From Sarea resinae (taxonomy: Eukaryota), in the NCBI GenBank assembly GCA_026026165.1, contig JAPEUD010000026.1, positions 124,001 through 188,000 on the forward strand: a DNA stretch of 64,000 nt. The letters run 5' to 3'. Each line of letters opens with the position of its first letter. Positions within the stretch are counted from its first letter, which is position 1. The position numbers were made by a program, and so were the translations under genes. The notes below the pieces were generated by a model, which ran no database searches, was not told where the DNA came from, and saw only the letters and a program-made list of their open reading frames with translations. Of the stretch, positions 49,004 through 61,534 are shown in pieces.

Positions 49004-50528
49004 TCAGTCGTCATCGCCCCTACCGTCATCACTGCCATCGCCGCCAGCACCGCCTAAGCGCGCAATGACGCCCTCGACGAGCTCGATCAGCTCATCGACG
49101 TCCGGCCGCTCCGCCGGCTCGACCTTGAGACATCTCCGCACCACCTCCTTGACCTCGTCGCTGATGCCCGCCCCGTCCGCGCCCGCGTCGCGTCTCGGAC
49201 TAGGAGGCGGGCCCGTACTAGCGCGCTTCTGCTTTCCGTGCTGTTGGCCGCCCTGCTCGGCGCCGCCGCCGCCGCCGCCCGCGGGGCCCTCGTCCGGAAA
49301 CCGCCAGTCGCCGCCGAGGACGCAGAGGCTGAGGCTGCCACCCGTTTCCTCGGACCGGGCCTCGAACGGCGACTTGCCGACCAGACAGGCGTACAGCGTG
49401 CAGCCGAGCGACCAGATGTCGACTTTCGTGTCGATGGTGCTGCCGGTCTTGACGTCGAAGAGCTCGGGCGCCCGGTACGGCATCGTCGAATGTTCGGCCG
49501 CCACGTCTTGCACGTGCAGCGCCAGGCTGCGCGACGTGATGTGTGTGGGCGATGGGGCCAGCGAGCCCAGATCCATGAGCACGGGCGTTTTGCCGTCGTC
49601 GCCGATCATGATATTGCCTGTAGCAAAAGAGCAAAGGTTAGATTGTGGAGCCGATCAGAGGAGAGTCTTCTGTGGGCCAATCTCACCAGGCTTGATGTCT
49701 CTATGTGCATATGCTCTCTCCTGGCCCGGTTCCACGCCCTCTTGGCTTCGGGTCACCTCTCCCTCCATCAAAGGCTCCTGCTCCACATCGTCCCGGTCTC
49801 GATCCCTTCCTCCGCCTCCCCTTCTGCTCCCCCTCCCCGCAGCCGCGACCTCGGACTCTGCTTCATCGTCCGCTCTCTGAGCTTCTTCTCTTACTCGTTT
49901 CGCCTTGCCCTGACTTCTTTCGCCGCCGGGCGCTCCCTTGACCCGATACTGATGCATCGCTTTCAACGCCCTGCAGACGCCCAGGAAAAGAACCATAAGC
50001 CTTCGCTCGGGCACCTTGGTATGGTAGACCAGATTGGCATTGATCATGTCCTGCAGGTTTCCGCGTCGGTAGTAGGGTAGGAGGATATACACCGTCTTTG
50101 CGCCCGGGTCCGACCGGTCCGACACCACGTCGTGACCATAACTGTGGATGATGTTGGGGTGCGGCGCGAAGAGCGTGTAGGCTTCGACTTCTTTGAGGGC
50201 GAGCGACACGGATTCCTGGCCGAAGGGACATCGGATCTTCTTGAGGGCGTAGACGTCGTGGGATAGAGTGTCTTCGACGAGGTAGACGTACGAGAAGCCG
50301 CCCTGTATTGGCCCCACCGGTCAGTCATGCGATATAAGGAGCACCCTTTTCCGGGCGCGAGGTCGGATGCGTTGAGCATCGTGCGCTGCGCATCAAAGCC
50401 TTGCTTACCTCTCCTAGCAATCGAAGGATCTTGAAGCTCTGATGGTTGATCGTGAGCTGTGGTGAGCCGGGGAAACAGCACATGCAGTTGGTCAAGGAAT
50501 AGACCAGATCGAGGAAGAACTGCGCCAT
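49004..50528 (-). CDS. ENV7: NAK-family Ser/Thr kinase Env7/STK16-like; introns approx. 50303-50408, 49618-49686
   Basis: N-terminal Cys cluster (TNCMCCFP), LLGEGGFSYVYLV, YALKKIRCP, AHRDIKPGNIM, LMDLGS, STMPYRAPELFDVKTG, DIWSLGCTLY. Confidence 0.88.
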
Positions 50529-51343
50529 CTTGGCCGTCAGAGATGGGATGGGAATTGAAGAGCCTCTGGTCTCTGATATCCGCCGGCGATGCTGTTTTTC
50601 TCCTTTCTTGTTGGTCGCAACTGTACTGTTGTCGGCAGCAGGAGAACTCAAAGCTCCAGCTGGGGTGAGGTCGTCGTCACTGGCGGGTAGAGTGCGAAGT
50701 ACTCAGTACCTATGTATAATACCTATCCGGGTATGGAATTACTCTCTTGACCAACCTCAAGGAGGTAAATACGACTACAATGAGTAGACTGCCCTGGGCC
50801 AAGGAAACCATACTATGAAATATCAAGTTCGCCGTCTATCACGGGGCAAAGACATGGATGATTTTTCGAATTTCTCATCTATGGACTACTGATGGAGCAG
50901 AAATGTTTGGACAACAGACATTCCCTACTCTCAGACTTGGAAGATAATCTATGCCTTTGTGAAACGCTTGTGTGAGATGCCGCACGATGCATAAGATGAA
51001 ATGGTCCCATCTTCAACGCTTCAAAGACCCAGCGGCACCTGCTCATAGGGACATGGTCAGAATAGAGATGCAACGCCAACGGCCAGTCAAAGCCGACGAT
51101 GGAAGAGACATAGAAGAAGAAAAAAAAATGGTATGCTCCCCCAATGATGACACGACAGGTCTGCCAATCAACGCCGCTGCATCACGTACTGTGCGCCGAA
51201 ATGAGATGCCGTCAGAGTGCCCGCCGTATCCTGTAATGCTGAGGAGAAAAATGGCCAAGGAAACTACCCCCCCCAAAGACCGCCGAATTTGTCCCAATGC
51301 ACCTTCCAATCCGGATGAAAAAGCCACATGCAGGCTTGGTAAC

Positions 51344-54300
51344 TTATGCAGCCCCACCAACACCATTCGATCCATCTCCGGCACCGCTGATCCCATCCCC
51401 AATTCCAACACTCCCGTTCATCTCAGTCCGCTCAGGTCCTGGTCCATCATCGTCAGCGTCCCCGGTACTCCCGGCTTCAATCATCTCCCTTGCAATGCGA
51501 AGTCCAGTATTAAAATCCGCCAGTAGCCTCGCCAACTCGGCCGCCACGACTTCGTCACTCGCACCATCGCGCAACGCTTCAGCAGATGGCGGGGCCAGTT
51601 CAGGGAAATCCCAGCGTTCGCCATTAGGGCCCGTGAGGAGGTACTCGCCATCGGAGTCTCGTTCAACTTCACCGCTGCCGCGCTGATCATACAAGTCTCT
51701 GTTGGTGGTGGAAATGGCTGCGGGTAGACGGGCCAATCCCCCTGTTGCTGAGGTAGTGAGAGGCGCCGTGGGCTGCAGAGCAGGAAGGCGCTGAGAAGAG
51801 CCTGCTTGGATACTCCGTAGACCTTCTGAGAGAGGGAAGTCGGAGTCGCCTAGGCGCGTTGGCGGCCGTAAGGAATAAGGAGGATTGGGGTCTAAAGATG
51901 CGGTGCCAGGAGCATACTTGTCCCAATTGCCTCCATTGGCTAGACCCTTGGGAATCTCGACGGCATGATTATTCAGAAAAGGATGGTCTGAAAGCATGTC
52001 CTTCATCTTACGCCTGCCATATTGACGTAGAGTCTCGCTTTCGACGGCGTAGCCGGAGCTATCGCTGGATACACTGGCTTGACGGGAACGTTGAGGGAAT
52101 TGTGGCGAAGGCGGATTTGACATATCGCCCAAGTTTGAAATACCGCTCGAGAGTCCGGTTGGAGCCGATTGGGAGGGCTTATGCATCGAGTTCCGATTGG
52201 GGACAGCTGCCAAGGTCTCCTCGAGGCCAAAAGGATCCCCGGAGGCCATATCCGTAGCTGTTGATTCATCCGCCGAAGAAGCCGTAGATGGACGTGAGAT
52301 GTCAGCAAAATCCAAATCAATAATAGAGCGACGAATGGGTGATTCGGGTGCAGAAATGGGATCGCTTTGTAACGGGCCCCCAAAGCCATACCCCACAGGC
52401 GCAGTCGCCGTATGCAGGAGTTGAGGGCGCGGTGGTGCGAGGCTAGAGCTATTTTCCGGCACTTCAGACGCCGAAGACGGTGTCATAGTCGGAAATTTCC
52501 AGTCCTGAGTCCTTCGGTTGGCGTTTTCGTGGGCAGGAGCTGTGAGCATCGGAAACTTCCAGTCTTTCGTCGCGCGACGCTGATCCTCGCCATTATATTG
52601 ACCATATTGGTAGTCTTCGTCTTCATCACTCTCAATGTCTCGGAGGAAACGATTCGCCTTGTTAGCCTTGATCGTAGGAACATTCGCGAGATCAAGATTT
52701 GGGATATCGGAGAACCCAGTCTGAGGATCGTAATCGCCAAGGTCGATTTCATTATCGCGGATGGAGGAGAGTTCGGGAGCATGGTTGCGGAGTGGCAAGT
52801 CGGAGGCGGGCTCGAAAGGTTCGAAGGGTTCATCAGGATCCTCCCGCACTCGGTATTCATACGGCGCAGCATTTTCATCGAAAAGGCCTTTCAAGACTTT
52901 CTCACCTCGCGCGACTCGCTGTTCGATCTGCGCCTTCTGATAAGAGGCCATGACCCTAGGGTTCCCGGGTCTCCCATGGCTTTGGGTGGTGATATCTGGA
53001 CCGGCCGCTAGGTTTAAGTCGGACTGAACCTGATCGTCTACTACTTCAGCACCCTGTTCACTGAGACGTTGGTCAAATTCAGCCGTCGTACTGAAATTCC
53101 AACCATCGTCACTATCCATCTGCGCGTCTGGAAATTGAAGCGCGGCCGCTCCATCAAGCGTGAAAAGTGACTTTCGCGTGCCACCAGACTGCTCCCAAAG
53201 ATAGAAGTTTTCGATCAGTTGCTTTAGAATTGTCGTCGGGTGTCGCCTGGACGTGTTGAAGATGTAAGGTTGCTTCAAGATGCTGTCCATCGACGGGCGG
53301 TCTTGAGGGCGTTCTTCCAGACAAAAGGCGACAAAATCACGTAGACCTGATGAGTAGTTGCCCCCCTCCAGTCTTGGTGCTTTGTGAAGTCTTTGTGATA
53401 GATCCCGTCGCCTGACACCCGCATATGGAGGTACGCCTGTGGCGATCTCGTAGATGGTGCAGCCATAAGACCAGCAGTCAACCTTTATAACCGTTAGATT
53501 GCCTCAGAATGATCGAATGTTTCTGCAATTGAGAGACTGTTCTCACCTCATTACCGTATCCAGACTGCATAGTTCCTCGATCGAGGTCTTTGACCATCTC
53601 CGGTGGCATCCAATTGGGGGTCCCGATGACCGTGGAACGCTTTTCGAGCTTGCTTTGGACGACAGCGGAGATACCAAAGTCGCATAGTTCAAGTCGTCCG
53701 TCTTCAGATACTAGTATGTTTGCGGCTGTACAGAAGATGGTATGTTAGCAAGGCTCTGACATGCAAGCCATTCTGTCGAGGTTCCACGGACCTTTCACAT
53801 CTCTGTGGATGATTCCTGCTTCATGTACAGATTTCAAAGCTTCGGCGAGCTCTCTAGCTATTGGTATGATATACTTTTCATCGAGTCCGGGCTTATCAAA
53901 GGCTTTCATCTACGAACAGTCAGCAAGCAGATCGTGGATTATCATGGCTCCTAAAGCCCGGTATGCCTAGAGATATTGCACCATGAAGAATCGTAAAACA
54001 TAATGTTGGGCTACAGATTTTAAAGTACAGTCTTGAAAAAAAGGATCTTGCTCACCAAGGTGGACAGACTGCCTCCCGGACAATACTCGCTGACAATCCA
54101 TAGCTGTGAGTGTACGGAGAAGGCGTCGACGATCTTGTTGATGTTCTTGGCTCTGCTACTCTTCAACTGTAAAAGCACTGTTGTTTCGTTCAGGAAGTCT
54201 TTGATCGTTTCATCTCTGAGCTTTGGATTCGAAGTGTAGTCCATTGCATCAACATCGATGATCTTGATAGCAACGACGCCACCGGATTTCAGCGCCTTTC

Positions 54301-55026
54301 TACAGAAAGGATCAGCCATCATGGGGGCAGGTAAAGTGAAGCGGTCATGAACGAGGTGAGAGCAGATCAGACTGAAGTTGCAAATTAGACTCACCCTTTG
54401 AAGACCCGTCCAAAAGAACCTTTGCCAATCAACTCGAGGAATTGATACGGAGCAGGGGCTACACCACTTCTCGCGGCTGTCTCATTGACCGCCTTCTGCA
54501 GTTCCTGTGCTTCCTTCACGAGCTTGGCTTTGCTCCCAAGCGCGGAGCGCGGATCGAGGTGTTGAGTGGTCGCCATACTAGCGTCGGCTTTATTGACACG
54601 TTCAGAATCCTTGTCCTTGAATGGAATTCGAAATCGGGCCTTTTGAGGGGGCTCTCTGATTGGGGGGCCAAGTGGAAGACGATCGAAAGAGTTCGATTCA
54701 GTAGGGCAGTATCTGGACGAGAGAGAAGCACCAGGAAAAGCGATGACAGAGTGATCAGGCCGAGCACGATAACGGTAGCTCTCCTGATGGCTGAATATCG
54801 ATGATCGTGGAGAAGGCGATTGGACGAATATTGCGGGGAGTTTCTGAGGAGTTGGATGGCTTATGAACGGCTCACAGGCGGACACGGCCGATCGTTCTGT
54901 AGAGAAATCATCAGTACTGGATCTTGCTAAGTGAAAACCTCTCAGTGCAGGTTGAGGAGCGTTCGTGTTCTCTTCAGCGTGATTCGCTGCTCCGAAGAGA
55001 AAATCAAGACACCCTCTTGAGCCCAT
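51344..55026 (-). CDS. Ste20/GCK-family Ser/Thr kinase, Kic1/Nak1/Pod6-like; multi-exon; start at 55026 or 54576
   Basis: YQFLELIGKGSFGRVFK, VVAIKIIDVD, LWIVSEYCPGGSLSTLM, IIHRDVKAANIL, LCDFG, RSTVIGTPNWMPPE, DCWSYGCTIYEIATGVPP, then a long low-complexity tail. Confidence 0.88.
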
Positions 55027-56107
55027 CTTGAGGTGGTGGATTGTGGATGGATGGTGGAGAGAATGGACACTCACAGTCAATGCCTTAACGGGGAAAATCG
55101 TGGGACATGGAAGTTGTCAGACGACAGTATTTGTTGGGGCATTCAGATATGAAGTGCTGTGAATATCTCTGATGCCGTCTCCAGGACAAGCCTCTTAGGG
55201 TGTGCTATCGAGGGGCTCTCATGTCCGGTCTCACCCAATGCTTGGCATCGTCTTCGTTCGGGCAAGGAGAGATCCCCCATACAGTTTAGGTGGATGAGAC
55301 CCTTCACACGTTAATGACCACGATAGTGCCGCAATTCGAGTCTGGGGAAAGCGTGAAGAAAGACGAACGAGCGTCGAGTGAAGTGATGGCCGTTGCGCTA
55401 TCAAAGTGAAGCGACACGCCAGGGATCCTGTCTCGAATTTGGGGGCTCGCTTGTGCCCAGCGATCTTGCACAAGTACCGCGCTAATTCTCGCCCAAAGTC
55501 GGGTAATTGCCATGATGGGCCTAGTCTTCTCGGTCGACGACGGTACCTCAGTACTGCTTTGTACCTATGTACGTCCGATCCTCGACCTTCCGTTTTCCCC
55601 ACAATATCACTGAGTGCGATGGAGAATATCATCTCATCTGCATGGCAGCATGGCAGGTCTCACGTAGTATGGCTGACATTGCATCCATAGCTTTCCTGGT
55701 GGGAAGAATCACTGTCGCAGCACCTAACAAGGCATTTCTATTTCGCAGAGTTCTCTGTGCTGATGGCTACAAGGCCAAAGTGGCTGACATGCACAGCACT
55801 CAGGCTGGCAGAATGGCGGGCATGTGCTCATGACGTCAGGGTCCGCGGTCCCCAATGCAACTGGCAGCCAGGGTTCTCCAACTTCGCAGCCACAAAGAAA
55901 CAAGATAGATGGCCATCACATCCCCCTTCTTCGCAGTACAAATCTGCAATTTAGATGATCCCGATCTACTCCTCTCTACCATACGATGAACTATATCGCA
56001 TTATTGTTCAGCAAAAAGCATTATATTTGGTTGAATCTCGAGCCGTTCACGTTAAGACACGAGCTGTAGCTCCTCCTTCACCCGGATTCGTGCATTGCCT
56101 GTCTTGA

Positions 56108-56473
56108 ATGATGCCTGAAAGGTCTACCCCGGCTAAATCTGCGCCAAAGCCCCCAAACCTCCCCGACATCTCCTCCAAAATCAATGACTTCTCCGCCAGC
56201 GCCGGCTCGGCGGCGTCATCGTCCATCAGTTCCGTAGGCTCGCGCGTCTCGTCTGCGGGCCAAGGCGTGGGCGACGGAATCAACAACAAGGCCAGAGGTC
56301 TGGGGAACTACCCGAAAGACATGGGTAACTCAGTCAAGGATCTCGCAGGGACCATTGGGCCGAGGAGTCAGACGTCGAAGAACCCGTTGGGTCTGGACAA
56401 TCACAAGGATAAGACGCGGGTCGGAGGCCGGATGCAGACGGCGGATAATCCACTGGGATTGACGAAGAAATGA
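56108..56473 (+). CDS. Small hydrophilic Ser/Gly-rich hypothetical protein with two NPLGL motifs
   Basis: 121-aa ATG ORF with coding-like codon usage and an internal repeat QTSKNPLGL / QTADNPLGL. TATA-like elements lie ~90-120 nt upstream. Confidence 0.65.
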   Translation: MMPERSTPAKSAPKPPNLPDISSKINDFSASAGSAASSSISSVGSRVSSAGQGVGDGINNKARGLGNYPKDMGNSVKDLAGTIGPRSQTSKNPLGLDNHKDKTRVGGRMQTADNPLGLTKK

Positions 56474-57563
56474 AGCGTCCGAGTATTCGAACTGAGGAGT
56501 GGGAGTTGGGATGGAAAGCTTGGGCAGTCTTCATGGATCATTTTGGATTCGCATCAATGTGTGGTATGGCGGGCGCTGCTGACACGATTTGATTCATTGT
56601 ATGAGCGTGTATGGACAAGCAAAATGGGAGTACGTTGCGATTCTCGCCCCGATTTCTTTTTGCCCTCATCGGAGGATTCCAGTATCTCCCAGCTGTCGCA
56701 CTCTTCTGTCTTGCAGATGCTGCTCTGATCACCATTTGGTCCCTCTTATTGATCATATGTACTGCGTAACACATCGGCGGGTTCGTCGACGCGCAGCGCC
56801 CCATCATCTGAGCTGGCGTCTTCTCAACAGTACAATAGCGACAGATGCGCCTCAGTGAGATTTGGACGCGCTTTCAAAGAGCGCCAAGACGTGGGCGTAC
56901 TGGAACCCGATCATCATCACGTCCACCTTCCATTTGAATCTGTCCTGTCTGTCTATGCGATGGCCTTCAAGATGCCTAGCCCGTGAATCTTGACCGAGAC
57001 TTCTGGCATCCCTGGTAGCCGATATCCTCCGGGTGCCTCAGATACACGTTGCCATTTCACAGTCCTTCCTCGCAAACCCCAACGCAAGCCATGACCATTT
57101 GACGTAGACAAGGCCCGGGAACCCACCACAAGTGATGATGCAAACGAGTGATAGGCTCAGAAGGAGAGTGCTCGTCAGTGAGGCGGCCCCAAAATACCCA
57201 AGAAGAAGGTTGGAAAGAGTCAAATGGAATTTGGCCGAAGGTCCAGCTGGTAAGCCGCCGACACATGTCGCTGGAGGCACGGTACCGCCGAAATAGTCGC
57301 ATGCAACATGCAGGTCAAGCACATAGGGTGATTGTGAAGCCTCAGTCTATTTCATGATCGTCATGCAATTGATGCCGACGACGTTGCGGATCATTGTCTT
57401 GTCGATCGAGAGGGGCCTCGTACTTGGTACGCGGCCAAAGAGGAGAATGATACGCAGCGCATTAGCCCTGGTGCCTTTTGGACGTCTTCATTCGGCCCCA
57501 GAGCCGTCCGAGGTTACTCTACTAATAGTGGGAGGTGATGTGATACCAGGGTCTTCGGGTCCT

Positions 57564-57608
57564 GCGGGCCTTGCGGGCCTGGCGGGCCTGGCGGGTCTCG
57601 CGGGCCAA
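57564..57608. repeat. Five-copy 9-nt tandem repeat (GCGGGCCTG-like)
   Basis: gcgggcctt gcgggcctg gcgggcctg gcgggtctc gcgggccaa. Confidence 0.85.
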
Positions 57609-57924
57609 GGCGGCGTCCCCGCGTTGATAGCGATCGCGGCTAAAGTGACACCATTCTTGCTTGGCCTCGGGGCTTTGGAGGGAGGTACCGTAGAGCCAAT
57701 CCATGGCCTACCCCTCCATCGCCCGTCCACAGCTCACGCGTCCATTGAGGAACGGCATCCTGCTGAGCTATGTCGCGAGCATAGAACCGCAACTTCATTG
57801 CCACCAGCGTCCTTTCATTGCATCGCTAACAGGCCAATTCACATCGAGAAAGCCATCCTTCCAGAGCAATCGCAGGCACTTGAGCATCCACGCCCCACCA
57901 GCCACTCCGAACAAGAAGGCCAGC

Positions 57925-60193
57925 ATGACCATCCGGGCCACCAGATTCACGCCGGAGTGAGTTTCTACAGATATAAAGATCAAGACATTGCTGATACTAG
58001 AGTAGAGTCCTCCTGAGCGCTCCCCGCCGCTCTTCGGGCGTCCCCAATGCCGATGGCTCCCATGCCCTCTACACCCTCTCCACCTATTCGTTTGAGTCCC
58101 ACTCCAAGACTTCGGAGATCAAGATCCTCAACATCAAATCGGGTCGCTCGAGCCTGATAGCCGATGACGAGAAAGCGAGCGAGCCGAATTGGCTGGGAGA
58201 GGGGAACGAGATAGCTTGGCTCCAATCGGAAGAAGATGGGACCACGAAATTGATCGCATGCGACCTGGATAATAAGGAGAAGAGGTATGATTATACTATC
58301 AATTGATGCAAAGCCTCGTGCGACTTTACACAGAATCTATGCCACTGAACGAGAGCTGATGGCAGAGTCCGTAGCACATATACCGCTGGGACATTTTCAG
58401 GGCCAGTCTCGAACCTCAAAATCAAGCAACTCAACGCCGACACATTGGCCTTGGCCGTGGCCGGTCAGGCAGCTCCAGATGGCAGTCTCTACAATCCCGA
58501 GAATGCCCCCAAGACGCAGTCGACTGGCCGCGTATATGATTCGGTTTTTGTCCGCCATTGGGACACCTATGTTACGCAGAATAGAAATTCCATCTTCTAT
58601 AGTACGCTGAAGCGGTCTACTCCTAGCTCTGCCGCTTCAAAGGGGAGATACAATCTTTCTTATGTGGCAAATCTTCTCCAAGCGACGGGGCTGGAGTCGC
58701 CTATACCCCCATTTGGTGGGGCCGACCATTTCGATATAAGCCCTACCGGCGTCATCTTTGTAGCCAAAGATCCACACGTAAATCCTGCGCTGAATACGAA
58801 AGCGAACCTTTACTTCGTGCCTTTGAAGACGTTTCGCGAGTATTCAGCACCGTATCCGACGAAATTCGAACTGCCAGACCTTAATGGTGCTTGCACATCC
58901 CCCACCTTCTCTCCAGATGGCACACAAGCGGCATATCTCCAGATGAGAGAGAATGGATATGAAAGCGACAGGAACCACGTCATCATCGTGAGGGGTATTG
59001 GACAAGCCTCTGCGACTATGGAAGCATCAACTTCATGGGACTGGGACCATAGCCCGGGCAGCGTTTCATGGAGTCAAAATGGTCAGCTACTCTACCTTGT
59101 GGCCGAGGAAAAGGGGCTTGGACGTCTATTCTCAGTATCTTCACAGTCCGAGTTTGGAAAAGAGGCGCCGACGCTGCTAACGAATGGCGGAACCGTAACG
59201 GATGTCCGGCCGGCCGGGAAAGACTCCGACGAGCTCTTCGTCTCAGCCACCAATCTCATCGACAACAGCGTATACTTTGCCGTCAACCCCAAAGAGCCGC
59301 GGGCGACGAAACTGCTTTCGTCCAACTCAAAAGGCGGCCATGTGTTCGGCCTCTCGTCGTCGCAAGTATCCGACGTCTATTTCAAGGGCGCAGGCGACTA
59401 CAACGTCCACGCCTGGGTCATCAAACCCTCCTTCTTCGACGAATCCCAAAGCTACCCGCTCGCTTACCTTATCCATGGCGGGCCCCAGGGCGCCTGGACG
59501 GACAGCTGGAGCACGCGCTGGAACCCCGCCGTCTTCGCCGAACAGGGCTACGTCGTCATCACACCCAATCCGACTGGATCCACCGGCTACGGACAGGATT
59601 TCTGCGATGCCATCAAAGGCGAATGGGGCGGGCGACCATACGAGGACATCGTCAAGGGATTTGAATATATCAAGGAGAACCTGTCCTACGTCGACACGGG
59701 CCGCGCCGTCGCTCTGGGCGCCAGCTACGGCGGATACATGATGAACTGGATCCAAGGGCAGCCTCTCGGCCGCCAATTCAAAGCCCTCGTCACCCACGAC
59801 GGCGTCTTTTCGACCGTGGCCCAGATGGCGACCGACGAGCTCTACTTCCCCATGCGCGATCTCGGCGGCACCCTCTGGGACAAGCGCGAGCTGTGGGAGC
59901 GCTGGGACCCCTCGCGCTTCACCGGCAACTGGGCCACGCCGCACCTGATCATCCACAGCGAGCTGGACTACCGACTGACGCCGGCCGAGGGCCTGGCCGC
60001 CTTCAACGTCCTCCAGCAGCGTGGCGTCGAGAGCCGCTACCTCACTTTCCCCGACGAGAACCATTGGGTGCTGAAGCCCGAGAACTCCCTCCACTGGCAC
60101 ACCGTCGTGCTGAATTGGTGTAATAAGTTTGTGGGCCTGCCGCCTTATCGGCGCGACGAGGGCGGCTTCGATGTCATGAGTAAACGGTGTTGA
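57925..60193 (+). CDS. DPP5: Dipeptidyl-peptidase V-like S9 serine peptidase, no signal peptide; introns 57957-58005 and approx. 58285-58374; in-frame upstream ATG at 57703
   Basis: MTIRATRFTPEVLLSAPRRS, VFVRHWDTY, IHGGPQGAW..WSTRWN, NPTGSTGYGQ, GASYGGY (Ser), HSELDYR (Asp), FPDENHWV (His). Confidence 0.9.
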
Positions 60194-60796
60194 TTGCTTT
60201 GCTCGGTTTCTTTTTTTTCACCTTTTTTTTCTCAATTCCTCTTCCCGCTCTCTTTCCTTTATTTCCCCTTTCATTCTCTTTTTCTTGGGCGAAAGGCATT
60301 CAACGATTGGAGTTGAGAGAGAATGTGTGTGTGTGTGTGTTTGTTGCGGATCGAACCCGTCCTTGCATTGCTGCAGTATAGTGCTTTGCAATCAATTGGC
60401 ATCGCGACCGAGACTAAGGTTGAGCCTGAAATTGAGATCGAGATTGAGATTGAGATTGAATTTGAGATTGAGGGTCGCGCAGCAGCATCGGGTGTGTATC
60501 TATCAGCCTAGCATCAATCCATCACCACTTCTGCCCCTTTTGCTCCTTTGGTTACGGCAGACATTCGTCGAGACGGATCTACCTCTGCGAGAGATGACGC
60601 CAGCCGGACAGACAGACGTAGAGAGACAGGCAGCCAGGTGCTCTCTATCCTGTTACATCATCTCGGATCCATGTCTTGCAAGCTCTTGCTGTTCCGACCA
60701 CAAGGGAAAGGAGAAAAAGAAAAGAAAAGAAAAGAAACGAAAAGAAACGACAGAATGGAAAGAGAGAAAAAATAGAAATCAAACAAAACGGGACAT

Positions 60797-61369
60797 CTAA
60801 TACCATTTCGAGCCCCCCGTCATCATCGTCGTCCTCTCCTCCTGCGCCCGCTCCTCTCTCATCCCACGCTCGACGTACGCCTGCATGCGCTCCGCCATGT
60901 CGCGCTCCATGTCCGCGAACACGCGATCCACATTCTCGTCGACGTCGTCATCAACATCCATCTCCCCGTCCAGCTCCATCCCATCTCCCTGCGTCTCCAT
61001 CCCACTCCCACGCGTATCCATCATCATCATCATCATCGTCTCTTCTCCCTTCCCCTCCTCCTCACCACCACCACGACACACCCCCGGACTCTCACAGCCG
61101 ACCAAGCCCACAAAGCGCCCAAACCGGCGCCGCTTCACCACTACATCGGCGTCGCGCTCCCAGCGCACGCGCACCGGGTACTGGAACGTCGCGCTGCAGG
61201 GCGTGCGCTGGTGATAGTAGGACGCCAGCTCGTCGAGGTCGGCCTCGGACAGCAGGTAGAAGTGTAGCAGCGTGGCGGGGAACGCGGGGTGCGGTGTTGA
61301 TGTCTTGTGTGAGACGAGGGGGGCGAGGCGGTGGCGTAGGTGGAGGAGGCGGGTGGGGAAGTCGGGGGC

Positions 61370-61422
<53 letters not shown>

Positions 61423-61534
61423 GGTCTTGTTGTTGTTCTTGTTGCTGCTGCTGATGATGGGGGCGTTGTTGTTGTGTGGGGGAGGGAGGCGGTGTGAGGT
61501 TGATCGGGGCGGGTGGCGGGGTCGGGCGGTGCAT
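60797..61534 (-). CDS. Fungal hypothetical protein with polyglutamine tract
   Basis: Ordered core LRHRLAPLV..PHPAFPATLLHFYLLSEADLDELASYYHQRTP..YP..W..KRRRFGRFVGLVGCESP flanked by polyQ and acidic/Met-rich low-complexity segments. Confidence 0.75.
61370..61423 (-). repeat. (CAA)18 coding microsatellite (polyQ)
   Basis: Uninterrupted TTG repeats on the + strand. Confidence 0.9.

Noticed and set aside
48279..50080. Long antisense or overlapping ORFs (e.g. 48993-49880, 49238-50080; also 45321-46118 and 59327-60100)
   Set aside because: Shadow ORFs caused by high GC3 of the real genes on the other strand and by simple repeats.
57354..58016. 220-aa ORF with AGLAGLAGL repeat
   Set aside because: It overlaps DPP5 exon 1 and intron in another frame, and the repeat comes from a 9-nt DNA tandem. 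No other coding evidence.
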